Source: Laetmonice hystrix
Lineage: Eukaryota
Assembly (NCBI GenBank): GCA_965235115.1
Contig: OZ249440.1
Span: 35,156,001 to 35,220,000, forward strand
Direction of reading: 5' to 3'
Length of the DNA: 64,000 nucleotides
A program made the position numbers and the translations under genes. Numbering within the stretch: position 1 is the stretch's first letter; each line of letters opens with the position of its first letter. Positions 1 to 12,888 of the stretch are shown here, piece by piece. The notes under the pieces were generated by a model that was not told where the DNA came from, made no database searches, and saw only the letters and a program-made list of their open reading frames with translations.

Positions 1-647
1 GCGAGGCGGCAGTCGGAGGTAGGAGACGTGAGCTCACCAAATATGTAGTGGCCCAAGTCCCATCGCGGTCACCAAATATGTTGTGGACCCACCCTGGAGA
101 GGCGGCGGTCGTAGGTAGGAAGGAGACGGGGGGGGGACTTACCGTACCATGTACCCCAGTGAAGACAACTCAACGACGGCTGGCGGTGGTGATCATTGTA
201 TTCTCCAATATACACAGAGTATCGCGAGATACTCTACTTAGCCTAGAGGCCGAACCTCATGCTACTGACTGTGTCGGCATCCCGGCCGGAACTCCACCCC
301 CTCCGCTTTGCCAGCAGTGGACCCCGGTGGCTGCGGTCACCGACACGGACCTACAAGATGACATCGTGTCACCGGTCGGTCAGTGTCCGGATCCCTCAGC
401 TCCTAGTGACACCGCTCGCCCAGCTGGGGGTCCGCCATGGAGGCCAACACGGACGGAAGACGCTGGGTACGTGCCGGTGTCAACTCACCATGACATCGGT
501 ATCGATACCACCATTATACAACTTGGGAGGTGACGGCCCGAGCATTCCCGGTTCCAGCCCGTACCAGCATCCGACTTAAGGGAACCCAATACTCCAGCAA
601 CTACATGATTAAATATATACACGACATCCGAGCCGCCCATTCTTAAG

Positions 648-798
648 GGAATATACACACCATGGGCCCGTGTGATATGCTCTCCGCACTGGCGTTACGT
701 GTAACTGCCCATGGGACCAGCTAGTGGGTTCTGGTGAGCCTTGAACTCGCGATCTCCGGATCACGAGCCATGCTCTCTTACCACTACACTAGCCGGGA
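648..798 (-). mobile_element. tRNA-derived SINE-like head / tRNA pseudogene
   Basis: Minus strand TCCCGGCTAGTGTAGTGGTAAGAGAGCATGGCTCGTGATCCGGAGATCGCGAGTTCAAGGC has A-box and B-box-like motifs and a CTCGTGA anticodon-loop-like segment; acceptor stem imperfect; 3' boundary approximate. Confidence 0.5.
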
Positions 799-840
799 CA
801 CTTACACTGTTTAGAGTTAAACCGGACCAGATGGCCTCGT

Positions 841-892
841 GGTGCTATGAATAAAACCCCTCGCTGACGCTCGGGGTTTTATTCATAGCACC
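841..892. repeat. Perfect 20-bp inverted repeat with 12-nt loop
   Basis: GGTGCTATGAATAAAACCCC-tcgctgacgctc-GGGGTTTTATTCATAGCACC. Confidence 0.9.
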
Positions 893-1820
893 CCTCGTAT
901 TTTTTTTTTCTCTCGAAAAAAAAACCTCGACTACGTCTCTGTTTTTTTCCTCGTGTTTTTTTTTGCTCACTCAAAAAAACCCTCGACTTCGTCTCTTGAT
1001 TTTATAAAGAAATGTCCCCAAACCCTTTTTTCCGAAAAAAAGTGTACAGAATTAAAGTTTATTTTGGTGATATGTGGTTCATTCTGGATCTTAAATTAAG
1101 GCTATAATATAATACCATATAGCCAAACACATATAACTTTCAGGATATTTAACTTTTCATGACTTTAATTTAATTTAACTTTGTCTCGTATTTTTTTCTC
1201 GCGTTTTTTTTTCTCGCGTTTTTTTCTCTCCCACGAGAAAAAGCCTCGAAATTCTCGTTAGGCCTATATTATCTCGATGTGTCATATTTTAAATATGGCA
1301 AAAGCATACATCACCTATACATAACAAGTTTAACGTGGACATTAGATTTATTTAGGCTTGTATTAAAGGCTTTAGCCTTATTAGTGCTTCTGTAGGCATC
1401 AACTTCTTGTCGAGAATATTCCTATGGCAAATAATGGATATAGACATCATTTCGTACTTTGTCAATGAAAACATTTATTTCCACAATGAAATTTATTTCG
1501 CCAAATATAATCACTTTCTTTTTCGCGTTTTTATTTACTGCTGTGTAAATTCAAGGTGAAATAACAATTGTGGAATGATGAGCCGGTCATAAACGCGTCG
1601 AGGCTGGATGTTTACGTTGGGGTAACCTCAGTCCTTTCCGTTGTGTCGACAGGGTTTGGCCTAGCTTCTAATATTCGGCCCAATTCTCGCTGCTGTTCTA
1701 CTGATGTCCTTTTATATGAGCGAACTCATACTTAGAAAAGGCACAATCCCGGAAGCAAAGCAAGCATGAATAAAATTCACCACCCAAAAAAATTGTTTCT
1801 TTTATGAGCATAATTTGAGT

Positions 1821-1890
1821 GTCGTAGGGGATTTGAACTAGCGATGTTGGGTTCACGAGGCGACGACTTTAACCATTACACCACAGAAGC
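1821..1890 (-). pseudogene. Degenerate tRNA-like sequence (SINE head or tRNA pseudogene)
   Basis: Minus strand GCTTCTGTGGTGTAATGGTTAAAG...CTCGTGAA...CTAGTTCAAATCCC with A/B boxes; stems poorly paired. Confidence 0.5.
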
Positions 1891-3837
1891 CGCTGTAATC
1901 TACTACCAGGCTAATCTGTCCTGTGTGCTGCAAAAATGCCAAGGTCATGGTCAATATGTGGTCGGTCAAAGAAGGGGTCAGCGAACCGCGACGACAGGCG
2001 TGCATGGTGTTTACATGTTATTTCCGTCTCGCAACAGTGCGATATGGTGCGCTGAGAGTGTATTATGTTCCACATAATCACACACCTGAGTGCACTGGGG
2101 CCAATAGATTCGTTTTTTTTCAGTAAAAACTGAATTCTTTCAATCGAAATCTACATAACGATGTACCAAAAGGCAAGTCAACACTTACCCCGTGATGTGT
2201 ATGTCTGGTATTACACAAAAACTCGGACTGATATGGTTCTGACCTCTCGGCTTCGCCTCGCGGCAGAACCATATCACCCCTCGTTTCAGTGTAATACCTA
2301 TACATAACGAGCACAAGGATTCGACTATACAAACATACAGAGATAGTAAAGTATACAGTAATAATATATAGGCATACATATATATACGGGGGAGGCCAAC
2401 TATACTAAATGTCAGGCGGCTGCGAAGCCTAGCCGCAACAAAATGACTGACTGCATTCACGTCAGCAGCACTGCTGCAGTGCAGTGTCATCACGCTGTTC
2501 ATTTAATAACTTAGGTTTACATTACTGTTGTCGTCTTCACTTGAGGAGCCAGCCAAATCACTATCTGTCGTCTTTGCATATGGCTAGTTATGCCGGAACT
2601 GCCTCAAGTAGGCCCTAGGGGATTTTGGAAAGTAATCATTATTATAGGGGCTAGGCAGGATTATTCTGTAGGCCTATCAATGGGGAGGGGGCACAATGGG
2701 TAAGCCTACTCGGCATAGGCTTTGGATCAAGGTAAGTATTAATGAGGCATATATCATTGCAGCCGCTTTGGATCAAGGTAAATAAGATTTTCCTAAATAC
2801 GTCTATAATAAATTAAAATCTAGACAGAGACACAATCTGTTCCATAATGGTGTTTATTTTACAATTCCTAACAGCCGATAAACTTGGAGCTCAAAATAAT
2901 TTTGTGATGTCACAGTTTCATCCACATACATATTATCTAGGGGTTCTTTCAGGTAAACCGAACCACTTAACAATAATCTCCATATGACTGTCTGTAACAA
3001 GAGCTGATGATCCTACATTGATTACGTCACGCAGGCAATGTCCAAGGTCAGGGGGGGGGGTGCCAATCAAGACTGTGACAATATCAAGTTAAAGGCTATA
3101 TAGGATCTTTCCAAGAATATGTATGTGCAGACGCTTATGAACGAAGTGAGCATGCAAAACTCGGCTAATTAATTAAGGAAGTCGCAATATTGTCACAAAG
3201 TTTTTTTTTGTGTTGGGGGTCACCATACAATCTACATGTTGATTATCTTTGGGCAATGAATCCTCAATCTTATAGAAGGACACCAAGGACAGCTATAGTG
3301 GGCAAGAAGAAATACTACAACATTAAACAGCACTGTAAGTTTCTTCCTTTTCTCATTCTTTTCTCTGTTGTTTTTTTTCTGTAGCCTATTTTACCTGCAT
3401 TGGTCAGCCGTAACACTTATCAGCTATGAGAGCAACAAAAGTTTTTTTTACCAGCTTTTATTAATTTCACACACATGCGGTTGTTTGCATACATGTAACG
3501 TTATACCATCCTTTATGGCCGTCCACACCGACGGGAATTTACGTGTAATACATTTAGTTATTTTGTAAATCTGCTGATCTGATAAGAATGACAGCGTAAA
3601 TCACAATACATGTAGCTATACTTTGCATGTTAAATTATATATACATTTGTACCTCACCATATTTAGTTATTTTGTAAATCTGCTGATCTGATAACTGGGT
3701 CTGGTTCCAGTTGAAAATAGACTCCATGTCGGCCATAAGGGGACTTAGGGGAGTCAGTTCGGCGCAAGTTCGGCCCCAAAGCCTGCATGTGTCGCCATAC
3801 TGCCTGTGTCCAATGGAACAGACACCCTTGGCCATTA

Positions 3838-5510
3838 CCATTTCATAATCTCTTGTTCTGCGGCCCAACATGAGTGCGAAGGCCAGCAGGACTTGTTTCA
3901 GTGTATCTCCCTGCTTTAGAAAGGCGTGGATTGAAAAGAGTTGGTTGAAGGGAGGCCCGGGCCCTGCTTCTTGCCCTTCAAAATATTGAAGTTTCTAATG
4001 AAAAGGACTTCCTCATTTTCTCGGATTCCTTATCCTGTCTGCAAGCACTCGCTAACTTGAACACAGATCACCCAGTGATCGTCCAAATCTTGTCCAGGTT
4101 GGCAGTTCTTGCCAGTGCAAACTTTGATATTCACTTTTGTTGGGTGCCTGGTCATGTTGGCATCCCGGGCAATGAGCAAGATGACAGAGCTGCCAAAAGG
4201 GCTCTTGAAACAGACATCGAACTGTGTCCAATCCCAGCCTCTGATCTCAGACCTACCATCTGGGCTTACGTTAAGAACAGATGGCAGGCCGAATGGGATG
4301 AACAACCAAACAATAAATTGTATCAGATCAGTCCCATCGTAAACCAAAGGTTTCATCATGGCCTAACCCAACGGAGGCATGAAATTGTTTTTACTCGATG
4401 CAGAGTTGGTCATTCTAGATTGACACGTGTTTTTATTGAAGGGGGAGCCACCTCCAGAATGTTATGGGTGTCAGTGTCCTTTGACACTGAAGCATCTTTT
4501 ACTCGAATGTGGCAATTTTACTCTCATCAGACAAAGGTTTTATAATGAGGCGAGTCTGAGGATCTTTTTAGCAATATCAGACCAGGAGTGATTTTAGAGT
4601 TCTTGTCAGAGGCTGGACTTCTGAATCTTTTATAGATGTGTTTTGGTGGTGTTCCCGTTGGGACCCGGGATAAAATAGGTTCCTTTGGTTTTATGGTCTT
4701 ATAACTCTGTTTTCGCCGTGAATATGGCCCCAGATGCCGACAGGGCGCTAAACCACCACTACTCACTCACTCACTCCCATCGACAAACCATGTCTTCGCT
4801 ATCTTGAGCACCTTAATTTGTTGCGGTGTCGCAAACAACAAATGGCGAAAGCGATCCCCCATTATATTATATCCTTCACGAGGAACTCTTCTGGCACGAA
4901 ATCTTGAGCAAGCTGTAACAGAAAAAGGTCAAAGTGTGATACGTTAATGAAAGAAAGCGCAATGTACGCAGGATATACATTTTACAATCTTACATTCAAG
5001 CCTCATGCAATCGTAAGAAGACGTGTCACAAAAACATACCATAAACTCCAAGTTCTCTGGCTCCTAAGGACGCATCCTTTGCCGTGTCCGGTTGGCAATG
5101 TTGACCAAATACTGGGGATTTGGCCTTGCAGCCTCCGGCAACGAGTAGATGTCGTTGTCCATGGCGTCATTTACTATGGCGGATGATGACCTAAATGCAA
5201 CTGTTTTCTCAACAGCCTTGTTTTTTACCTATAAAAATAGACAATAAAAAATAACTATGTGAAAAGAAACTAATTTGACCAAATGTAACTAACTGCACAT
5301 CGCATTATTTGTATACGGGGTTTCCGCACCTTCCAAACTAACCGTTGCCGTGATTTCTATTTTCTTTATGAGGCTCGGTTGTCAGGCATGAACGTGTGTC
5401 TGTGGCCCATGAGTGAAGCTGTCGCCCAGCTGGGTGACTGTGGCTGGGCAGTGCAGCTTCTTGCTCCGGATGCCACACCACCACTTTACAAGAGTCTTCC
5501 CGGAGCGCTG
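3838..5510 (-). pseudogene. MULE (Mutator-like) transposase, spliced, degenerate, interrupted by a LINE fragment
   Basis: Minus-strand exons read KWWCGIRSKKLHCPATVTQ...HVH (FLYWCH-like, ~5345-5510), LVNIANRTRQRMRP*EPENLEF (~5040-5170), RHLLFATPQQIKVLKIAKTWFVDG (~4777-4912) and PFNQLFSIHAFLKQGDTLKQVLLAFALMLGRRTRDY (~3838-3952); GT/AG sites flank several; in-frame stops present. Confidence 0.8.
3952..4776 (+). mobile_element. 5'-truncated Nimb/I-group LINE (RNase H end, type-A 3' UTR, (ACTC)n tail)
   Basis: Near-identical to 18651-19477; WVPGHVGIPGNE RNase H motif; frameshift near 4430. Confidence 0.95.
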
Positions 5511-5738
5511 CAATATATATATTTATTGTTACATCTTTACAGTGTGAATACGGGGTATACCCTTAAGTTATAGTTCATTAAGATAGGTCTGAACGGCATA
5601 GACAACCCCAGAAGACAGTTATCGATTTATCAATTTATCTGGCATTCAACTACAGTGTATGTCACAGCAAACTCCTGCCTGTTGATACTGGCATCAGTTG
5701 GTGGAACATCAACCAATTTTTGATAACTATACATGTAT

Positions 5739-5982
5739 CTACTTGATGGTAGACTGGATACGAGCAACGGCAGCTTTCCGACCATCTGGAGTGTGAGAAT
5801 GTTCGTGAAGCGTTGCGACAATTTGATTCTCAAACACTCTAACGTGGGCTTTGCAACTATGGTTTCTGCGCATCTCACACTCGATATGAGATGACCCCGT
5901 TCGCCAATGTTTTGTTTTGGATGTATAGATACTCCTCATATGAAAGCTTTCTCTTCCCTCTTTTGCTGTCTACCCATTCCAT
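5739..5982 (-). pseudogene. FLYWCH zinc-finger fragment (MULE transposase N-terminus)
   Basis: MEWVDSKRGKRKLSYEEYLYIQNK...(frameshift)...ECEMRRNHSCKAHVRVFENQIVATLHEHSHTPD. Confidence 0.65.
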
Positions 5983-7278
5983 CTTGTTCAGGATGTGGAT
6001 ATTGAATGGTACAGTTCTCTAGGCATTTGATTTTTATAAGCGACATGGGGACATTTGGCGGGAGATGTTGTAGTTCTTGCCACAGACGTGAAGTCTGGAC
6101 TACCACCACAACTATCTCACTGGCCGCCGTGGCTGCCGTCAGGTGGAGTTCCACTAACTTCTAACTAACTCCGCAAGTTATTCTTTAGTCCGTTATTATT
6201 ATTTCCATTGCACGTAGTGTGGTCCCGTTATTTCAGGGTGTCTATTGTCTCCCTGCAGTCAGCTATGCAGTCGGGTGTTGCAAGAGTCGCGCGCCTGTCT
6301 GGGTGGGTGGACAGGTGGGTGTGTGTGTGTGTGGGGACACATGTATATGTGTAAACCCTTTCCAGTCCTATCCGATATGGGATAAAAAAAAACCATCATT
6401 CTTTTTTTTGAATGGTCAAAGGTGCAATGGTCAGGAGTCAACCACCTTCTAAAATAATGATTTATTTTGAAAGTCTGACATGTTTCCTATCATGTCAAAC
6501 TTGCTTAAATTAAATCTATGGACGTTTTTTCCCCCTCTGAATTTTTTGTGTAATTTTGTCTGCAAATCCCCCAGGCCACTGGCAGGGACATGACGACGGG
6601 GAATAGACCGGGGGTAGGTGCAAGCCCAGGGGGAATACGCCGGCGGGTAATTTGGTTGGGTGGGAAAGCGCCGGAAAAACGCCGGCGGGGAAAGCGCCTG
6701 ATACCCTGGAGGCGGTGGATACTTTTCTATGCTTGACGACACCAGAGAGCTCGCTGTTTTGAATGGTGCACAGTCAGTAACATACTTAACTACTTGGTTA
6801 AGCCAGCACTCACTGTGTTGCTCGTGCAGTTGTTTGTTAAGCCGGGTCGCACTGTTCCCTAGTGTCCTCTCTCGGAGGAGTCTAATTACTCTCTCGTCGC
6901 AGGCATATCTGTAAGGGAGTGTAGGGAGAATTTTAAACCATTTCCTTAAAAATGCCCATACAAGAGATACATTCTCACGATTGTTTCACCACGATAATCG
7001 TTGCCGCATCATTTGACAATAAACGCTGACTTTCAAAATGACCAGTGTTTGGCAGGGCTGACCCACAAGTCCAGGCATAAGATTTTCACTAGCACCGACA
7101 GTGGCCATAACGCCTGATTAACAGATATATATAAAAAACCTGCCGAATAATTACCTACTTTAGTGTGTTATGGTGTCCTCCTTGATGTGAAATTTTATAT
7201 AATGGACAAATCCACAATTTCCAGAATCTTTTCCCTGAGAAAGTAAATTCATTGACTGCCATTTTGATAAGACATACC

Positions 7279-7828
7279 TGTAGGTGAGCACAACTGGAAA
7301 TTGTGCCCTGTGTCCTGGATCCAGCTGCTCCAGAATGTCCGGGCTCCAGCTGATGAAACCCTTACTACATTTGTTGCACTTCGTATATTCCGTCACCATA
7401 TTGTAGGTACTGTCGATATCCAAGACTGCTCTCACTTTCCTGTGAATGCCTGCACCTACAAGGTAGCCATCACAGGCATTGTAGCAGAGCCTGAGCTGCC
7501 ACATCTTGTAGGGCATCCAGCACAGCAGCGGCCTCGCAAAGAACAAATCGGGCTTGAGTGCTTTAGTTGGTTTGAGCGAAGGCTGAGGTGGGTACCACCA
7601 TAACTTTAGCTGCTCCTTTGGAACCAGCTCTGGCTTTCCCTTGGCATTTGCCCTCCACAGGGCCTTTACTACCCATTTGATATCATATGATTCTAAGCCT
7701 AACTTCCAGTCCTTGCTCATCACTGGCTCTGGCTGTGCCAGCTGGCATACTGGTGTTTGCTGCACGGTAGGTTGAGACGTGTCATGTGTAGCAGCTGCAG
7801 GGCGAGCTGACTCAAGGATGGGAGACAT
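7279..7828 (-). pseudogene. DUF6729-like exon, probably transposon-associated
   Basis: Motifs LWWYPPQP...FF..PLLCWMP..MW...VR.VLDID..Y.MVTEY.KC.KC...SWS.DILEQLD.GHR.QFP..LTY, recognised from memory as DUF6729-like; ends at AG|GTATGT donor near 7278; ~170-bp segment 7806-7950 is duplicated at 8235-8382. Confidence 0.55.
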
Positions 7829-8502
7829 AGGTCATGTATACCTTGCTGCTGTAACGGCCACAGCCAAAGGCTCATCTCTGGACTGCAATGGATGTCAGCA
7901 TGAGAGCTTGGGTAATTTATTTGGCATTCGGACTATCAAAAGTAGCAAACATACCCCTCAAATCGGAATTATGCACCTGCTAGTCATACCTACAGTAGAC
8001 TTTGCATATAACGTACTGATTGGGACCAGAGATTTTTGTCTGTTATTTGCTGTCTGTTATACGCATAACGTTATAAGCTAATTTGAATTATCTTTAGACG
8101 GGACCAGGACTTCCAGTTTCAGTACGTTATAGCGATTGTCTGGTATATGCAAGGCTGTTATATGCGAGGTCTACTGTATTTAAGAAACAAAGGTTACCTG
8201 TCTTGAAGGCTTAGCAGTGTCCAGAGTAGAAGTGCTGACTCAAAGATGGGAGACATAGGTGATGTATACCTTGCTGCTGTGCCAAGCTCTGCGCAAGGGG
8301 CGGGCTCATCTCCGGCCTGCAATGGATGTCAGTATGAGAGATTAGGTAATTTATTTGGCATTCAGGCTATCAAAAATAGCACCTTCAAAAGGCAAGCAGC
8401 ATACACAAATAAATAAACAAATGGCTAGTGCCATCATGACATTATATAGACCTAGACGGTCATTATATACCATACCTGCAGCCCCAAAGCCTGCATGTGT
8501 AA

Positions 8503-9619
8503 TTAACTGCGGGTCATCACGTTTCGTATTGTGTTCTGACCTTTCATCAAATCTTCATTAAAATCTCCTGCAATTACATAACCAGAATCCTTTATAGTTT
8601 CTTCCATTTTGCGGATAAGCTGTTCAAGATCTGGACAGAATAAGTTTGTGGAATATCTGAATGGTCTGTAAACTACACAAATAGTTAATGGTTTATCATC
8701 AGTGACAATCACAATTGGAATGAATTCAATATCTCTGACAGATAGTTGTACCAGACTATGATTGATTTTTTTCCTCACATATACTGCCACACCTCCCTTT
8801 TTAAGAGTGGCCATTGATTTGATATCATAACTTTCTCGTCTTGTTTGGGATACAAAATTAAAGTCTGGATGGTGCAACTTTGACAAATCTTCACGAGAAG
8901 TTAGCCACGTTTTCGTCAATAATACAACGTCTGAAGAGAATATCTGGAATTGATTTCTGGTACTTTCAAGATTTTGGGTCAAACCTCAACGTTGTGATGG
9001 ACAATTACAAGCCTTCTTCTGAGAAATCAATTTCATTTGGTACGAGTGCTTCCATTAGTTCCGAGCCCTGTGCAACTCCTTCATTCCTGTATATTTTATC
9101 GGCATTGTAATCTAGGAGATAGAGACCAGCTATGTTTGTCACTCTAGAAAGGGCAACATAAGCATGTCCAGATTCAAACATGGTTTTCATGGAAATCACT
9201 ATTTTGTCCACTGAGAGCCCTTGAACTTTGTGTATGGTACATGCCCAAGCTAATCTCAATGGAAACTGTCGCCTGATTCCTCCTTTTCTTTCTTGTTCTA
9301 CAGGATCCAGGGATTCTTCATATGGTATTACTTTGACTGAACCAATTGGAACTGTGCTGTTATTCTTTTTTTCAGTCAATACACGGCCCACTTTTTCATT
9401 GTCAAATTTAATACACACTGCTTCTGGTAATGGTTTACCGTGTTGTGGTGGTAATATTCCAGTTATAATTCCTATGGCACCATTTGTTATTCCATGTACA
9501 GTGTCGATGTTCTTCGTTACCATGACTCTTGCCCCAACTGCTATTCTTAACCAACTTGGTAGGCTATCACTTTTGTCATTTGATTTCATTGCAGGCTTTT
9601 CCTCCAGTTTTACCGCCAT
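8503..9619 (-). pseudogene. Helentron (Helitron2-type) Rep/Helicase C-terminus: PIF1 helicase fused to APE endonuclease, frameshifted
   Basis: GARVMVTKNID...NG, RRQFPLRLAWACTIHKVQG, GHAYVALSRV (PIF1 motifs), then after two small frameshifts VIVHHNVE(G)L, TWL, GGVAVYVR, VVYRP, IAGDFNEDL (APE motifs). Confidence 0.85.
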
Positions 9620-10110
9620 AAATAGGGTAAAGTTCAGCCCAAGATACAGAGGGCCATTCCGAGTGGTCCAGAGGCGAGATGATCATATGATTAAGCTACA
9701 ATCTCTATCTTCAGGGAAGCCCCTGGACCACTACTACAATGTTTCTAAAGTGAAAAGGGCAGACGTGCCCTGGTCCCCCATGCTGTCTGGACGTGATGGC
9801 GCCACGGCTGGGCCAGGAATACAGCAGGGGTAACCCCCTACTCCCACAACTCTAGCGTCGACAACGTCGGGTCAGCAGGCCGTTTCGGTGCCCAAACCTC
9901 CGGCTCTGGCACCCGACCAGCAGCCGGGCCTGGAGACGAAGGGTCAGCGGAATTCAAATTCCCGTGCCTGCAACAAAGAGGCATCAGAGTTTTGGACGAT
10001 TGATAGGATTATCAGGAAAAGGAAACTCAAATCTGGAGAATGGACATGCTTCGTTCAATGGACCGACGGAAACAAGCGGTCAAGCGTCAAGATTTCCATC
10101 CAGACTTTGA
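9620..10110 (+). mobile_element. Gypsy LTR-retrotransposon integrase C-terminus (GPY/F motif) plus chromodomain-like remnant
   Basis: KFSPRYRGPFRVV...YNVSKVK then FWTIDRIIRKRK...FVQWTD; broken by stop/frameshift; abuts the helicase remnant. Confidence 0.7.
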
Positions 10111-11362
10111 CCCTGAAGAACTCATATCTTAATTTAGTGTTGACCGCCCATAGCATTATTCTGTCCCGTCGCCATGATTGTTCTTGATGGGTGGTGACGA
10201 TTATCGATATACTGGTGTCCATAATGTTGGAATTATTCATAAGATGGGATGGTGCTTACCTTGTAGAGTCGCTTGACGCCGCCAGCAGCCGCCTAAGGTG
10301 GGGCACTCCAGCCTCTGCTGCTTCGGGCTCACTGGGGGAAGATTCCTCCACCTCCACGTCTGGCGACTCAGCTGGGCTCACGACTTGGCCTGAGGCCTTA
10401 CAAGAACCAGCCAAACTGGACTCCATGAGGGCGGCGTCCTCGCAACTAATCGCGTTATAACGACAGAACAGTTGTGGATCTTCGTTGGTCGGCACCCAGA
10501 AAGTCATTCTCCACCAACTCCCAGCGGGGGGGCCTGGCCATAACTGACGCTGAACTGTTTTTCTAGAGTAATAGTTACGGGTGCGTAGCTTTTGGAATTC
10601 ATCTTCAGTCTTCGGCATCTACAGAGAGAATGGCAGCTTCAGCGTCGTCTGCGCATGGGCATCTCTTCCTGGCCTCGCTTGGGATGTTACTTTTCCTCCA
10701 GGTCAAAGGGTCAGTTCCTTGACAACCCCATCCTCTGGTTGAACTACGGTATCGTGTTTCAGCCAGCAAGACTGATATCAACGGCCGACTCTACGTTCTT
10801 CTTCCAGGTGTTCAGGGTGGACATTCCAACTGTGCCACTAACATTGGGCCGTTCGCCGACATATGTGGGCCACGTGTCTGGAGAAGAGGCTCCAACGATA
10901 CGTATGGAGTTCTCTGTGCCCGAATAGCCCCTTATGTGGGAATTGTGAAGACCAGTCTCTCAACAACACTGAGAGCAGTGCAGCAGAATCTTGATGTAGC
11001 GAAGGGCTTATTGCCACCTGCAGCATGGTCCTCCAGGAGAGTCAAGAGGGCCCCTTTGAATTTATTTCGGACATCGGTTATTATCTATTCGGTACCTCCA
11101 AGAGCCTAGCTAGACCACTACTACATGGAGAGAAAACAGCTAGATCATCAGCAAACATAAAATAGTTAACTCCAATGTAGCACAAAGTTGTAAGGGCTAG
11201 TTCAAACTCAGCAGGGCTAGTTGCAAATAGAACAGAGCCAACTTAAAATGTACATCGGGGCCTGTTCATTTCAAAATAACAAAACTAATATGAATATTTA
11301 TGGGCAATTATAACCCAAGGGATTACATAATTGAATAATACGATAACAAAATGCTGTACGTA

Positions 11363-12203
11363 CCTGAAAACCTCTGTCAGAGATACAATTTTGATCCAAT
11401 CATCCTTGAAGACATAGCCCTTCAGAGTCACAGTATTTCCTTTCACATATCCTGACTGATCAACGAGAATGAATGTTAGCTTCACTGTATCCATCCCACC
11501 AGCTGTTTTGTGCTTTCGCCATCCTTCTGGTGATGTTTTTGAAATGAATCACTAGATTCTCTGAGAGAATGTATCTCGACAACCTGAAAGAAATGTATAT
11601 ATGGTTGAAAGGATTTCTGAGGAAAAATTGCTGCTTGGCCTGACTGAAATTTGAAGAACAAATAACTTAGATACCTTGGTGGAAAAACAGTCAAGAATTA
11701 CATGGTTGAATTAAACCATGTTGCAATTTTTCCATGATTGTTTTTTTTATAAATCAAAGTATTTGATACATTTTCTAGGATTTCTTAGTTTTGTGATTTT
11801 GCAGAACTTCCAGGAGTCTGGAAAGCTGAAATAATATGAGAACAATTAAATACAACGAAGGGACAGATGTTTTTAAATGAATGTGATTATATAAGGTGTA
11901 CATACCGGAGAACGCGGGACTGTGAAGAAAGACGCACAACGCCATCACGGTACACAAAATTTCATAGCGCAAGACTTTGCCCCTCGACCAGGGACGTTGA
12001 GAATTTTTCATTGTAAGCAACACATTTTACAGATCCCGTAGGATCTGCCAACATGCAGGTTAGCTTACTCATCTCCTGATCTGTTGCGGATACATACTTT
12101 TTCCACCACTGGCGGATACTCTTGCAACTTGCACCTTTAATGTGCCCGTGTATGGTGCAGATGATCAACTTGATTTTAAGTCAACTATGGAAGTGGAAGC
12201 CAT
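11363..12203 (-). pseudogene. Spliced OB-fold (RPA/SSB-like) gene remnant
   Basis: Exon-like segments with LADPTGSVKCVAYNEKF...VEGQSLAL and ILVDQSGYVKG bounded by CAG|/|GTA sites; stops and frameshifts; same strand as the nearby Helentron remnant. Confidence 0.5.
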
Positions 12204-12717
12204 CTGAAATGGAAATATTGTTGTAGTGGCTACACTAAAACTAAGCCGGTGAGGTATCATTTTTTTGCTGAATTTTGAAAGAGGACAACATACTCTGTTT
12301 ATCAATCTGTCTCAAAAAAATTTTTGGCCTCACACTAGCACTTGTCCTTTAGCCGGGAACCCACATGAATATACCCGCAATGGCCTCATCCATTCAATTC
12401 CTAACACTCCCTAAAAAATTGTTGGCACTTAGTCGTTTGTCTATACATATCATGTCACATCCACGCACAGTTACACTAAATTTCAGTAATAACTTGCAAG
12501 TAGCCGATACTAACTGATGAAAATTTTAATAAACAAATAGGATATTACATCACAGTCCTGCAATCAGTCCCATCATGAACATTCTTGTAGGCACTGACAC
12601 AGAGAGGATAGCAAAACAAAGGTCCAAATTGCATCTGTCGCATTGTTTGTGTCACCAGACTGGACACAAGTGCATATTACACCTGTTGTGTCCCGTGCCC
12701 CCAGTACAAAGGAATAG

Positions 12718-12818
12718 AAAATAGGTTCCTTTGGATTCATGGTCTTATAACTCTGTTTTTGCTGTGAAGATGGCCCCGGATGCCGACACGGCGCAAAACC
12801 ACCACTACTCACTCACTC
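12718..12818 (+). mobile_element. LINE 3'-UTR-only insertion with TSD
   Basis: Matches last ~100 nt of the LINE; ACAAAGGAA duplicated at 12706-12714 and 12819-12827. Confidence 0.9.
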
Positions 12819-12888
12819 ACAAAGGAAAAGAAGAAATTGGACCCACGAGAAAAGAAAGGAAGAAATTAGAAACAAGGAAACATGTTGC

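Noticed and set aside
48..579. Overlapping ORFs of 161 and 106 aa
   Set aside because: No recognisable motif; GC-rich sequence gives chance ORFs
735..1890. Functional tRNA-His genes
   Set aside because: Acceptor and anticodon stems do not pair properly; treated as SINE heads or pseudogenes
9228..9833. 201-aa plus ORF as one gene
   Set aside because: Chimera of antisense helicase sequence and Gypsy integrase end
10256..11026. Broken minus-strand ORFs after the Gypsy fragment
   Set aside because: Possibly an antisense accessory ORF, but no motif recognised
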